Origin: Octopus vulgaris
Lineage: Eukaryota
Length of the DNA stretch: 64,000 nucleotides
Direction of reading: 5' to 3'
Assembly: GCA_951406725.2 (NCBI GenBank)
Contig: OX597817.1
Location: 164,548,001-164,612,000 of the forward strand
Below are positions 39,480-50,768 of the stretch, piece by piece; positions within the stretch are counted from its first letter, which is position 1; every line of letters starts with the position of its first letter. The translations under genes and the position numbers were made by a program. The notes beneath the pieces were generated by a model, which was not told the DNA's origin, ran no database searches, and saw only the letters and a program-made list of their open reading frames with translations.

Positions 39480-39548
39480 TCTGAAGAACCAAAACCGAAG
39501 AGAGCACGGGGTCGACCGAAAGGAAGTAAAAACAAGAAACCTTCTAAG
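39480..39548 (+). CDS. HMGA: HMGA-like protein, coding exon 2 ([23 protein letters not shown]; AT-hook 2)
   Basis: Not in the ORF track. Acceptor tatttccag| and donor AAG|gttggt; 69 nt, phase 0/0. Peptide closely matches the HMGA2 second hook [20 protein letters not shown] (recalled). Confidence 0.9.
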
Positions 39549-39611
39549 GTTGGTGCAAATTCTTTAAAATGTCGCATGTCACGTCTGAAATGTTGTGTGC
39601 CATACCATATC

Positions 39612-39752
39612 TGAAATTTTGTGTGTCCTATTTGAAATTTTGTGTGTCCTATTTGAAATTTTGTGTGTCCTATTTGACATTTTGTGTGTCCTATTTGAAA
39701 TTTTGTGTGTCCTATTTGACATTCTGTGTGTTCTAATTGAAATTTTGTGTGT
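39612..39752. repeat. 21-bp minisatellite (gaaattttgtgtgtcctattt) x ~6.5
   Basis: Units start at 39613, 39634, 39655 and so on; begins ~65 bp after the exon 2 donor. Confidence 0.92.
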
Positions 39753-40113
39753 TTATCTGCATGATTAATTGGTGTTTGCTTTGTATTTCATAGGATCTCT
39801 TTGAAAAACAAGTTAGTTCCATTGCTTTTGATTTTTGCATATTTGACACCTAATGGAGTCAGATTACACTGCAATGATTATATCCATAATCACATTGATC
39901 ATGTTGCCTATTTTGGTTTCAATCTTATTTATATTTATTTCATTGAATGATGTCACAATGTTTGCAATGTTTGATTTGTGCCTTGTAAATATTGTTGAAG
40001 AAGCCAGCAATAATTTTAAAATAGCTAGAATATCAATGGAAGTTGTTGTTTAAGTCCTGACCAAAGATATTCCAGCCATGACATCTTGTCTTTTGATCAG
40101 ACAGTGAATCTAG

Positions 40114-40940
40114 AACTACATTATATCCAATGAATCCTTCCTTTCCTAAAACAAATGGGGCATTTTTTTAGGGAGATTCAGCTGCTATTTCTAGTCTGTT
40201 GAATGAACACATAGAAGAGGCTCCTTTTTTGTTGATGAAAATGTAATGTAGAGATGGAGATGAGCCAGTATGGATGCTGTTCCTTCTATAAAAGACAATA
40301 AGTATTTGTCTTACTGGGAAACACGGTGTGTTGAGTTACTCCTTACCCTTAAAATTTTAAACTGGTTAATAGTCCTAATTGTGTTTAAAACTACATTATA
40401 TCCAATGAATCCTTCCTTTCCTAAAACAAATGGGGCATTTTTTTAGGGAGATTCAGCTGCTATTTCTAGTCTGTTGAATGAACACATAGAAGAGGCTCCT
40501 TTTTTGTTGATGAAAATGTAATGTAGAGATGGAGATGAGCCAGTATGGATGCTGTTCCTTCTATAAAAGACAATAAGTATTTGTCTTGCTGGGAAACACG
40601 GTGTGTTGAGTTACTCCTTACCCTTAAAATTTTAAACTGGTTAATAGTCCTAATTGTGTTTAAAACTACATTATATCCAATGAATCCTTCCTTTCCTAAA
40701 ACAAATGGGGTATTTTTTTAGGGAGATTCAGCTGCTATTTCTAGTCTGTTGAATGAACACATAGAAGAGGCTCCTTTTTTGTTGATGAAAATGTAATGTA
40801 GAGATGGAGATGAGCCAGTATGGATGCTGTTCCTTCTATAAAAGACAATAAGTATTTGTCTTACTGGGAAACACGGTGTGTTGAGTTACTCCTTACCCTT
40901 AAAATTTTAAACTGGTTAATAGTCCTAATTGTGTTTAAAA
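40114..40940. repeat. 275-bp tandem triplication
   Basis: aactacattatatccaatg at 40114, 40389 and 40664; copies differ by about 1-2 substitutions. Confidence 0.95.
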
Positions 40941-42312
40941 AGTGTTTGTGTGTTTGATGTATGTGTTTGACAGTCTTCTGTTAAAGGTTGGTGTTCATTA
41001 TGTATTTGATTAAAGCTGTACCTGATGAAATGTTTGACTGAAGTTGTGTTGAAAGATGTGTTTGATTATGATGGTGGTAGTGGTGGTGCTGTTCGTAGAA
41101 TCATTTAAGGGACTGAAATCATCATCATCATCGTTTAACGTCCGTTTTCCATGCTAGCATGGGTTGGATGGTTTGACTGGGGTTTGGGAAACCAGGAGGC
41201 TGCACCAGGCTCCAGTCTGATCTGGCAGAGTTTCTACAGCTGGATGCCCTTCCTAACGCCAACCACTCCGTGAGTGTAGTGGGTGCTTTTTACGTTCCAC
41301 CGGCATGGGCCAAAGGAGGCTGGCAAACAGCCACGATCGGTTGGTGTTTTTACGTGTCACCGACACGGATGCCAGTCAGGCGGCGCTGGTATCTGCCATG
41401 TTCGGACGGTGCTTTTTATGTGTCACCGCGACGGGTATCTTAACTACAATTTCCATTTGATTTTTATTTTGATGTTGGTGCTGACATACTTGACTCAATA
41501 GGTCTCCTCAAGAACAGCGGGTCACTCTACGATCCAAGGTTAGCACAGCAGGCCATCCTGCAAGCCATGAACTCACTTCATTTGTGAGGTCTGAAATATA
41601 TATAGTTATTGACTAAGGGTAAAATATTAAATACAAGTTATGTGTTCAATATATATTATGATTACTAATCATCATCATTATCATCAACAAGTAAGAAAAA
41701 ATATCATCATTATGTTATGATCATTGTCAATCTCATTCTATTCTACATTTGGGTACTTTTATCTATATATTTAGCTTGCTTGCCAATCATGTGGTTTTGG
41801 GTTCAGTCCCACTGCATACACCTTGGGCAATTGCCTTCTAAAGCCTTGGATCAACCAAAGCATCGTGAGTGAATGAGGTTGAGGGAAACTGAAAGAAGCC
41901 CACCATGTGTGTGTGTATGTATCCTTTCTAGTTATCGTGATGGTTGTAAATGAGCATCATTGTTATATAAGTGAGGTTATTTGTTTCCAGTCTTCTATGA
42001 AATGTGTAGCTATGAGAAAATATTAGCCTTGCTTGGAAACAGGCTCTATAGTTGGCACTTGGAAGGGGATCTGGCCATAGAAAAATCTGCTTCAACAAAT
42101 TCCATCTCATTCATACAAGCATAGAAAAGTGAGGCATTAATTGATGATGATGATGGTGATGATGATGATGATGATGATGGACTGCATCTATCACAAAGGC
42201 AACACTATGAAAGTGTGATAACTAAGATGAAGGCCTTGCAGTTTGATACCTATGCTAATGAATAATGCATACTGGGTAAATAATTATTGAAAGATGGTGC
42301 AAATGGTTAGAG

Positions 42313-42513
42313 CAGTGGTTTTCAACCAGGGTTCCGCGAATACAGTCCAAGGGTTCCGCAAGAAGTTACAAAACTGCTAAAATCGGCAGTAATTTTTAAT
42401 TCTCCTGTGCAGATATGTGTGCATAAGACTATTAAATTATTGCACAGGGGTTCCTCGAGCCAGTGGAATGTTTCCTTGGGGTTCCGCTCCAGCCAAAAGT
42501 TTGAAAAGCACTG
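42313..42513. mobile_element. hAT-type MITE
   Basis: TIRs cagtggttttcaa / ttgaaaagcactg; perfect 8-bp TSD ggttagag; internal gggttcc repeats. Confidence 0.9.
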
Positions 42514-43238
42514 GGTTAGAGTACAACAAGAACAGCTTGAGTAAAAGAGAACGTAGATCTGATAAGATGGGGCTTCACATATGAAAAATATATTGAAGAC
42601 TCATTCAGCACACACCATCATGGGAACATAGAGATGGTGTTGGTGGTGGTGGTGGTGGTGGTGGTGGTAGTGGATATAGTGATCAAGCGAGGCTGTGGAT
42701 GTGGGTATATTCTTTGTGTTGCATTTGATGTGTATGAAATGCGTTTCTGGTGTGTTACTTTTATCTGTCTTTTACAATTAATAGCAGGCAAGGCTTTTGT
42801 AGTTCAGCTCGCTTTGAACCTGGAACCATATGGTTCCAGGTTTGATACCATTGCACAGAAAATTGCAAAGTGTCTTCTGTTATAGATTGCCTGAGGTTGG
42901 CCAATGTTCTATGAATAAAATTTTTTATGTGTGTGTGTATCAGTATGAAGTGAATTAAAAATAATGTATCAAATACAAACACCTTGTAGGAGCCATACCT
43001 ACCTGAGTTATTTATCTTTCTTCATACCAAAAAAGACAAACAAAAACAAAACAATGAGTTACCTTTTATTTAAAGGAAATAATGAAGAAAATAAACACTC
43101 TTGAAAGTGATGCTCCAAGAGGGCTGTAGTATCTATGGCTGATACCAGTAAAAAAAATATAAGAAAATTTGGTGTATGGATGTTTGGGTGGAAACTGTCC
43201 TTGTCTGTTAACATGACAGTGGTACTGACATGCATACG

Positions 43239-43279
<41 letters not shown>

Positions 43280-43967
43280 CTGGAGACAAATCATGTACAT
43301 ATGACAAATATGCTAGTCATAAGATATAAATTAGTTTACATATTTAAAAAATTTAATCACTGAAGTTAATTAGTCAGGGTATTGATTATGTATAATAAAA
43401 TTTTCAATAGAAGAAAAAAATTGATTATCTATAAACTTTTTAATGAAATACTATAAATTCTGACTTGAAACAGCTTAACTAGCAACACATACTGATTCTT
43501 TTCTAAATTGTTATCAACTTTTGAAATACAGGTCTCAAGTCTTGGCACAAGGCCAGCAGTTTTGGGGTGGGGATAAGTTGATTACATCAACCCTGGTACT
43601 CAACTGGTACTTATTTTATCAACCCCTGATACGTCGAAAGGCGAAGTTGACCTTAGCAGCATTTGAACTCAGAGCGTAACAATGAACAAGCATTTTGCTT
43701 GGCTTGCTAACAATTCTGCAAGTTTGCCACCTTCAAATTTTGAAATATTTACTCTTTTACTTGCTTCAGTCATTTGACTGTGGCCATGCTGCAGCACCGC
43801 CTTTAGTTGAGCAAATCGATCTAGGACTTATTCTTTGTAAGCCTAGTACTTATTCTATCAGTCTCTTTTGCTGAACTGCTAAGTTACAGTGATGTAAACA
43901 CACCAGCATCGGTTGTCAAGCGATGTTAGGGGGACAAACATATACACACACACATACGCATACATAC

Positions 43968-44018
<51 letters not shown>

Positions 44019-45597
44019 TACAACGGGCTTCTTTCAGTTTCTGTCTACCAAATCCACTCACAAGGCTTTGGTCGGCCCGAGGCTATAGTAGAAGACACTT
44101 GCCCTAGGTGCCATGCAGTGGGACTGAACCCGGAATCATATGGTTGGCAAACAAGTTACTTACCACATACCCACTCCTATGCCTATGTTATTGTTAGCAA
44201 ATACTTTATAAATTGTTAGATAATGGATACAGACTTTAAAGTGGCTATTGTGAGTTAACCACTACAGATTTTGAAATGGCTATTATTAACTAGTCATTAC
44301 AGATCTTAAAGTAGTCCAGGGTCTATACTGAAATATATTTGACTCCTGTGAAAGACATTATCTACTTGTGTTGTAAATGGTAGCTACACAGTTGATTTGA
44401 TCTATATATTTAACCCTTTCGTTACCTTTTTCTCATGCCTTATTTTCAATGAATTTTGAAAATAACGAATTATTTAGAAAAATAACTGTCTTATTTAAGC
44501 TGGTGTTAGGCAGTGAATTGGCAGAATTGTTGGCATGCCAGGCAAAATTTTTATTGGCATTTTGTCTGTCTTTGTGTTCTGAGTTCATATTGTGCTAGGG
44601 TTGACTTTACATTTGACCTTTCGATAAAATGAGTACCAATTTATCACTGGGGCCTTTGTAACTCACTTATCCCCTCACCTGAAATTACTAGCCATGTGCT
44701 TAAATTTGAAACCATTATTAAGATGGTGTGAAGGTGGAAAGCTGACAGAATCTTAGTACATCAGGCAAAATGCTTTGCAATATTTTTTCTGGTTTTACAT
44801 TTTGGGTTTAAATTCTACCAAAGTTGATTCTGCTTTTTATCCTTCCAGAGTCAATAAGATAGGTACCAGTTGAGCTGAGTGGTGGATATAATCAACTAGC
44901 TTTTCCCCCTAAAATTTCAGACCTTGTGCCTACAGTAGAAAAAATTATTAAGCTAGTGTTTAGAACATTGGTATTAGGAAGAGCATCCAGCTGTAGAAAC
45001 TCTACCAGATCAAGATTGGAGCCTGGTGCAGCCATCTGGTTCGCTAGCCCTCAGTCAAAATCGTCCAACTCATGCTAGCATGGAAAGCGGACCTTAAACG
45101 ATGATGATGAATGTTTAGAACATAATTTAATGTGAACTTTTGATGGAAGGCTTTGATTTAGATCATTTTTAAACAAGAGGTTATTGTAGAACTAGGAGCA
45201 GTCATGGGTGGGTTGGTATCAGAAGAATTAATAAAACATCAGTACAACTATTAATAGTTATCGCCAAGCTAATATGGCAGTCCATGAATATAGGATGAAA
45301 GCTGCCGTTGATTAGCTCCAAGAGGCCATCGCCTCTAGCTAGCTATGTGACACACAAACCTGTGTCCATGGACTGCCATATTAGCTTGGCAATAACTATT
45401 AATGTCCAGTACTGCTGCCGTAGTCTCCTTTAGAGAGACTTAGAAATAGTAATATTTCTATCAGTACAACTATGATTACTGATAGATCCATTAATACTGA
45501 TATCAGTTACTGGAATTTATTTATTAACTGTTGATAACTAGATCATTATTTGTCATGGACCTACTATTGTCTTCTTCTCACCACATAATATATTCAA

Positions 45598-45996
45598 CTA
45601 GCAGTATCGCCCGGCGTTGCTCGGGTTTGTAAGGGAAATAACTATATAAGCATTTTTAGAGAGTTATAGCCAAAAAATAGCAAAAAAAATGCATTAAAAA
45701 TGGGGAAAAAATGATGGTAAATTTTTTTTAAAATCGTCGACTCATCGTAGACATTTTTAGAGAGTTACTTCCCTTATATAATAGCGAAAAAATGCGTTAA
45801 AATGGGAAAAAAATGATGGTAAATTTTTTTTAAATCGTAGACTCATCGTAGACGTGCGCTAATACCCAGAAGGGCTCGATATGAATCACGACTATAAGAT
45901 ACCCGGTTTTGGTTAAACTGCACCGCAAAATGTGGGAGTAGTTAGGAATCTAAATCGTAGGAGACAGACACACAACTTCTCTTTTATATATAAAGA
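45598..45996 (-). mobile_element. Non-autonomous Helitron
   Basis: Minus strand A|TCTTTATATATAAAAG ... hairpin cccgagcaacgccggg ... CTAG|T; no TSD. Confidence 0.88.
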
Positions 45997-46030
45997 TTAC
46001 CCTTTTGATGCTCTCTGCATTAAATATGTT

Positions 46031-46791
46031 GGATCTTTTCCTTTTGAACGGCACTTTTCAACACAATTTCTAGTTTACTAAACACTTGTAAACTTCGTAT
46101 ACTGGTAGAATGTGTTTATAAAACATCATTTTTTCTTGGCTTTATTGAGAAAATTCTATATGTTGTAACATATTTCGTCTTTAATTTCGAGCATTTCGGT
46201 AATTTTAACCAATCGCTGGAGTCCATTTAGGTAAATAATATTCTGTGCATAATGAATATGTCCCTCCTTTAAGAAACAGATTGGGTTTATTTACATTTGT
46301 GAAGAAAAAAAGATACCCTTCCCCCACCCCTAACCCTAACTCTCACCCTAAATCTAAAATAGATTGAAATGCAATAGATCGATACTAAGGTTATAATTAT
46401 GGGTGAAAATTTCATACGACACCGCTACGGAAAATGGGATTTTTTTCTAGCGGTGTCAAATGAAAATGTCACCCATAATTATGGCCCTAGTATCGATCTA
46501 TTGCATTTCAATCTATTTTAGATTTAGGGTTAGGGGTTGGAAGGGTATCTTTTTTCTTCACAAATGTAAATAAACCCAATCTGTTTCTTAAAGGAGGGAC
46601 ATATTCATTATGCACTGAAATTACCGAAATGCTCGAAATTAAAGACAAAATATCTTACAACCTATAGAATTTTCTCAATAAAGCCAAGAAAAATGATGTT
46701 TTATAAACACATTCTACCAGTATACGAAGTTTAAAACTTTTTAGTTGCCTAGAAATTATGTTACAAAGTGCCGTTCAAAAGGAAAAGATCT
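46031..46791. mobile_element. Palindromic (head-to-head) dimer of the GGATC Merlin-like MITE
   Basis: Two inverted near-complete units meeting at ~46435; a single 8-bp TSD aatatgtt flanks the whole structure. Confidence 0.88.
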
Positions 46792-47231
46792 AATATGTTA
46801 ATACTAACTCAACTACTGTAAATACACCACTCTGAGATCTATATAATGATTACAGTACACACACTCACACACATACATGCAGGGTGACCAAAAATTTGCT
46901 CAACCATTTAATACATACAAATATATTAAATGGTAGCTTCAGTTTTGGGCCACCTGTGTGTATGTGTATGTTTGTACACATATACATATATATATATATA
47001 CATACATAAATTTATATATATATATATATATATGCAGATGCCTGACCAGCAAGGGGAAGCGGCTGACCTCCCTTGTTCGAAGGTTATAATGGACACAGGC
47101 TCGTGTGTCACATAGCTAGCTAGAGGCGATGGCCTCTTGGAGCTAATCAATGGCAGCATTCGTCCTATATTTCTGGACTGCCATATTAGCTTGGCGATAA
47201 CTGTTGATATATATATATATATACACATACA

Positions 47232-47449
47232 CGAAGGGCTGCTGAAAAGTTCCTGGCTTTGGGTAAAAGAAAATAAATGAGGATCAGTTACTTATGATTT
47301 TATTCAACAAATCCCCCTCTCAGATACACACACATATTGCAATGGTCCTTCAGTTTTTCTAAGCCCTGTAAAAGAACACAGAAGATTGGGCCTCCAACCA
47401 GACCTTTCATAATACCCTTAAAGCCAGGAACTTTTCAGCTCCTTCTCCT
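47232..47449. mobile_element. mariner-derived MITE
   Basis: TIRs gctgaaaagttcctggcttt / aaagccaggaacttttcagc. Confidence 0.75.
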
Positions 47450-47456
47450 GTGCATG

Positions 47457-47488
<32 letters not shown>

Positions 47489-47691
47489 TGTATGTATGTA
47501 TGTATGTATGTATGTATGTATGTATGTATGTATGTATAATACACACACATACACATACACATACACACACACATATTCCTATAAATCTAATTCATTGACA
47601 GCCTTGTTTAATTTGTTCTCCAAAAGCTACACTTATTTTTCCATTTGTGGTAAATCTGTTTTTTCTCTTTTTTGTCTTCGTTTCTCTTCAG

Positions 47692-49275
47692 TTTCAGGAA
47701 ATTTTGAGGCCTGTAAAGTACAAGGCATTGCTTAAGGTTCAGAAAAACAAAACTGTTTCTAAGAAGTCTCTACATAAATGGTCAAAAAGAATGATTCATG
47801 ATCTTCAGGCAAATCCTACCCAACTCCAAAACGTTCAAACTGATAGTTCAAATAACCCTAATAGAGTAAATAATAAATTTGCCAATTCAAAAAACAACGG
47901 TTTGAAGAAAATGAAGAATTCTGTGATGCCTCAAAATTCGTCTAAATGTAAGACCAATCAAGGTTCGGTTATTTCTAATCACAGTAAGAAAAGACCTGAA
48001 GTCACTGTCCCAAGAAAAATTAAAACATCAATGAACAGCAAATGTCAAGTAGATAAGAAACGTGACCCGACAAAAATGAATTCTAAATCTATACATTTTC
48101 CAAACAACAATCAGGGTCAGAGAATCCTATCCAGTCCTAAGAACTCTGCCATAACGAAGCAGCTTCAAACTCCTGTTAATTACAGAAGGAAAAGTTGTGG
48201 GTTATGTGATCAATCATCAGTTCGTAGACATAAAGCTACATCCAAACGCTTTTGCAGTGACCCATCGTCATACAAATGCAGCCGGTCGTTACCAACTCTG
48301 AGGAGATCTCAACGGATAAGAACTATTTGTGATAAATTTTCAAATTCAACCATCAGTAGTGAAAACTCGCCACCATCTTCTGCAGTTTATTATTCTTCGC
48401 CTGGATTTTTAGTGCCATTACGAAGGCGCCGGTCTTCTAAAACTGCTCATTCCACTCAGACACAGCTTCGGAATGTTTCTCAACCCTGTTCTTCACATCA
48501 TTCCCCTGCTGCTGTTAATAGCACTACTAGTCTTTCCTCTCATACCACTGGTACTACTACCACTACTATTACTACTACTACTACTACCACAGGTCTTTCT
48601 TCTCCTGCCGCTGCACCTCCTTCTTCTACTGCTTCTTCCCCTCCATCTTCTGTATTGTCTGCTTCTACTAACAATTTGCATCACCTCTCTTCTTTACCAC
48701 AATCTATACCCAAGGATTTTCCATTTGAGTGCCAAGCTGGTGGTTTCACACCAGCTAATCAGTCTAAAGACATGACAGATGCTGTGCACATAGTTAGACC
48801 TTGCGGTCAACTTTCTCCTAACAACTGTTCAATGAAAATGTTGAAGTGTCACCGGTTGCGCCACATGGCACCAGGATCAGGAGATGTGGCAGCAACTAGC
48901 GTAGTTTGCAGACACCACTGTTCTGCTGCAAGACACTTGGACAACAAATGTCATAACATGCATATGAATACACAACCATGCCTTCCAAACATCAGATCAG
49001 CTGTTCAAGTGGCTGCTTCTATGATTTCGTCAAGAATTACCGACAAGAGCGTCAGCATCTATAACCATTCTTTAGGAAAACAATCTGGAAGTGTGTGCCA
49101 ATCTTACGAACAACTCAATATTGTACTGAGTCCATTTGAAAAACAGATTTTCGAACTGCACCGACAAGAACATGAACAAAGAATGGCAATGGAAGAAGAG
49201 CGGCATCAAATGAAAATGGATCTCATGCGATTGAAGAAAAAGGCTTTAGAGAGTAAACTAAAACTAAAGAATTAA
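47692..49275 (+). CDS. Large terminal coding exon (~527 aa): Lys/Asn/Ser-rich basic region, Ser/Thr low-complexity tract, Cys/His-rich segment, C-terminal coiled coil; probably spliced to the AT-hook exons
   Basis: Uninterrupted 1.6-kb ORF in AT-rich DNA; long polypyrimidine tract ending ttcag|tttcag| (two phase-0 acceptors, 47692 and 47698); stop TAA at 49273-49275. Linkage to exon 2 is inferred from phase and strand. Confidence 0.75.
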   Translation, partial: FQEILRPVKYKALLKVQKNKTVSKKSLHKWSKRMIHDLQANPTQLQNVQTDSSNNPNRVNNKFANSKNNGLKKMKNSVMPQNSSKCKTNQGSVISNHSKKRPEVTVPRKIKTSMNSKCQVDKKRDPTKMNSKSIHFPNNNQGQRILSSPKNSAITKQLQTPVNYRRKSCGLCDQSSVRRHKATSKRFCSDPSSYKCSRSLPTLRRSQRIRTICDKFSNSTISSENSPPSSAVYYSSPGFLVPLRRRRSSKTAHSTQTQLRNVSQPCSSHHSPAAVNSTTSLSSHTTGTTTTTITTTTTTTGLSSPAAAPPSSTASSPPSSVLSASTNNLHHLSSLPQSIPKDFPFECQAGGFTPANQSKDMTDAVHIVRPCGQLSPNNCSMKMLKCHRLRHMAPGSGDVAATSVVCRHHCSAARHLDNKCHNMHMNTQPCLPNIRSAVQVAASMISSRITDKSVSIYNHSLGKQSGSVCQSYEQLNIVLSPFEKQIFELHRQEHEQRMAMEEERHQMKMDLMRLKKKALESKLKLKN

Positions 49276-50768
49276 TCTATGCAATTCTGTTGTAGAACTA
49301 CAGCAAAGGGGCTTGAAAAAGAATTTACTGGCATGTTTTTTAATTAAGTACCTGTCTGTGTGTATGTGTGTGTGCATACTTGTGGATGTTAGTCTGTGTG
49401 TGTTTACATGTTTATAATATTTAGTATATGTGAATTGTTTCTGTTTGTTAATGTTTTACTAATCTGGTATTAACTAATTACAGTATTCTCTCCACTCATT
49501 AATACTAATTTCTTTTCATCAACTCACATCACTAATATGATTTATATTTCATTCGTCTGTTATCACTTTCATCTCTTATTGTAAATTCATTCTCTTCACT
49601 GTTTCTCTTGGGTTTTACAGTGTAAAGGTAATAAGCTTTCTATTTAGTTTATGTCATTTCCAGTTGATTTGAATTCTCTCATCTATGTTAACCCAGAAAA
49701 CTGTTTCAAATGCTAGTGTTTATTTTTGTTGTTGCTGTTACTAGTGCCAGTCCAACCCTAATGGAACAGACTTATAATCAAAGATGTTCCAGCTGTGACC
49801 ACTGCATCTTATTATATATTCAGACAGTGTATCTACGGCTATATTCCCATGTATCCTTCCTTTTTAAGATCGGTAGGGTGTGACTTGAGAGATATTTGGC
49901 TGGCATTTCTTGCAGGCTGAGCGATCATGTAAAGGCTCTTATATTGTCTTGATAATGATAATAAGAATGTTTTATTTCTTTTGTAGCTAATCTATCTATC
50001 TCTACACAGCAGTCGCAATATACTGCACAATCTTGTTATCCAAACATTTTACTGATGTCATGTCAAAAAGGTCATTTTACCTTCTTTTGGTAAAATAGTA
50101 ATTAGTTTTTACAATGAGATAGGGTGCTAGTCTAGTGCTGGGGTTGATATATTTGGCTAAATCCATCCTCTAAATATCAGCCTAAAAAACATTCAAGTAA
50201 AGTCGTTGCCAGTACCACTGGCCTGGCCCATGTGCAGGTGGCACATAAAAAGCACCATTTGAGCGTGGCCGCTGCCAGTACTGCCTGACTGGCTCTCGTG
50301 CCAGTGGCACATAAAAGCACTCACTACACTCAGAGTGGTTGGCGTTAGGAAGGGCATCCAGCTGTAGAAACTCTGCCGGATCAAATTGGAGCCTGGTGCA
50401 GCCATCTGGTTCGCCAGACCTCAGTCAAATTGTCCAACCCATGCTAGCATGGAAAGCGGATGTTAAACGATGATGATGATGATGAACTGTCACGAACAAA
50501 ACTACAGACAGTTGTCTCACAAAAGATTTGTGATTCTGAGCCATATAAAAGACTTGTGATATGATGTCTCACAAAAGACTTGGAGTATAGTGTTTTGTAA
50601 AAAGATTCATGATATGACACTATACAGAAGACTTTTAGTAGTGTGTTGTACCAAAGACTTGAGATATGTTCCTTACAAAAGACTTGTGACATAGTAACAA
50701 AGATTATTGATTTGGACTAGAGATACAGTACCATATAAAAGACCATGATTGGGTTATAGAAAGTTTAA

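Noticed and set aside
47647-47691. N-terminus MVNLFFLFFVFVSLQ of the 542-aa ORF as a signal peptide
   Set aside because: It starts at GTG and is simply the translated polypyrimidine tract of the splice acceptor.
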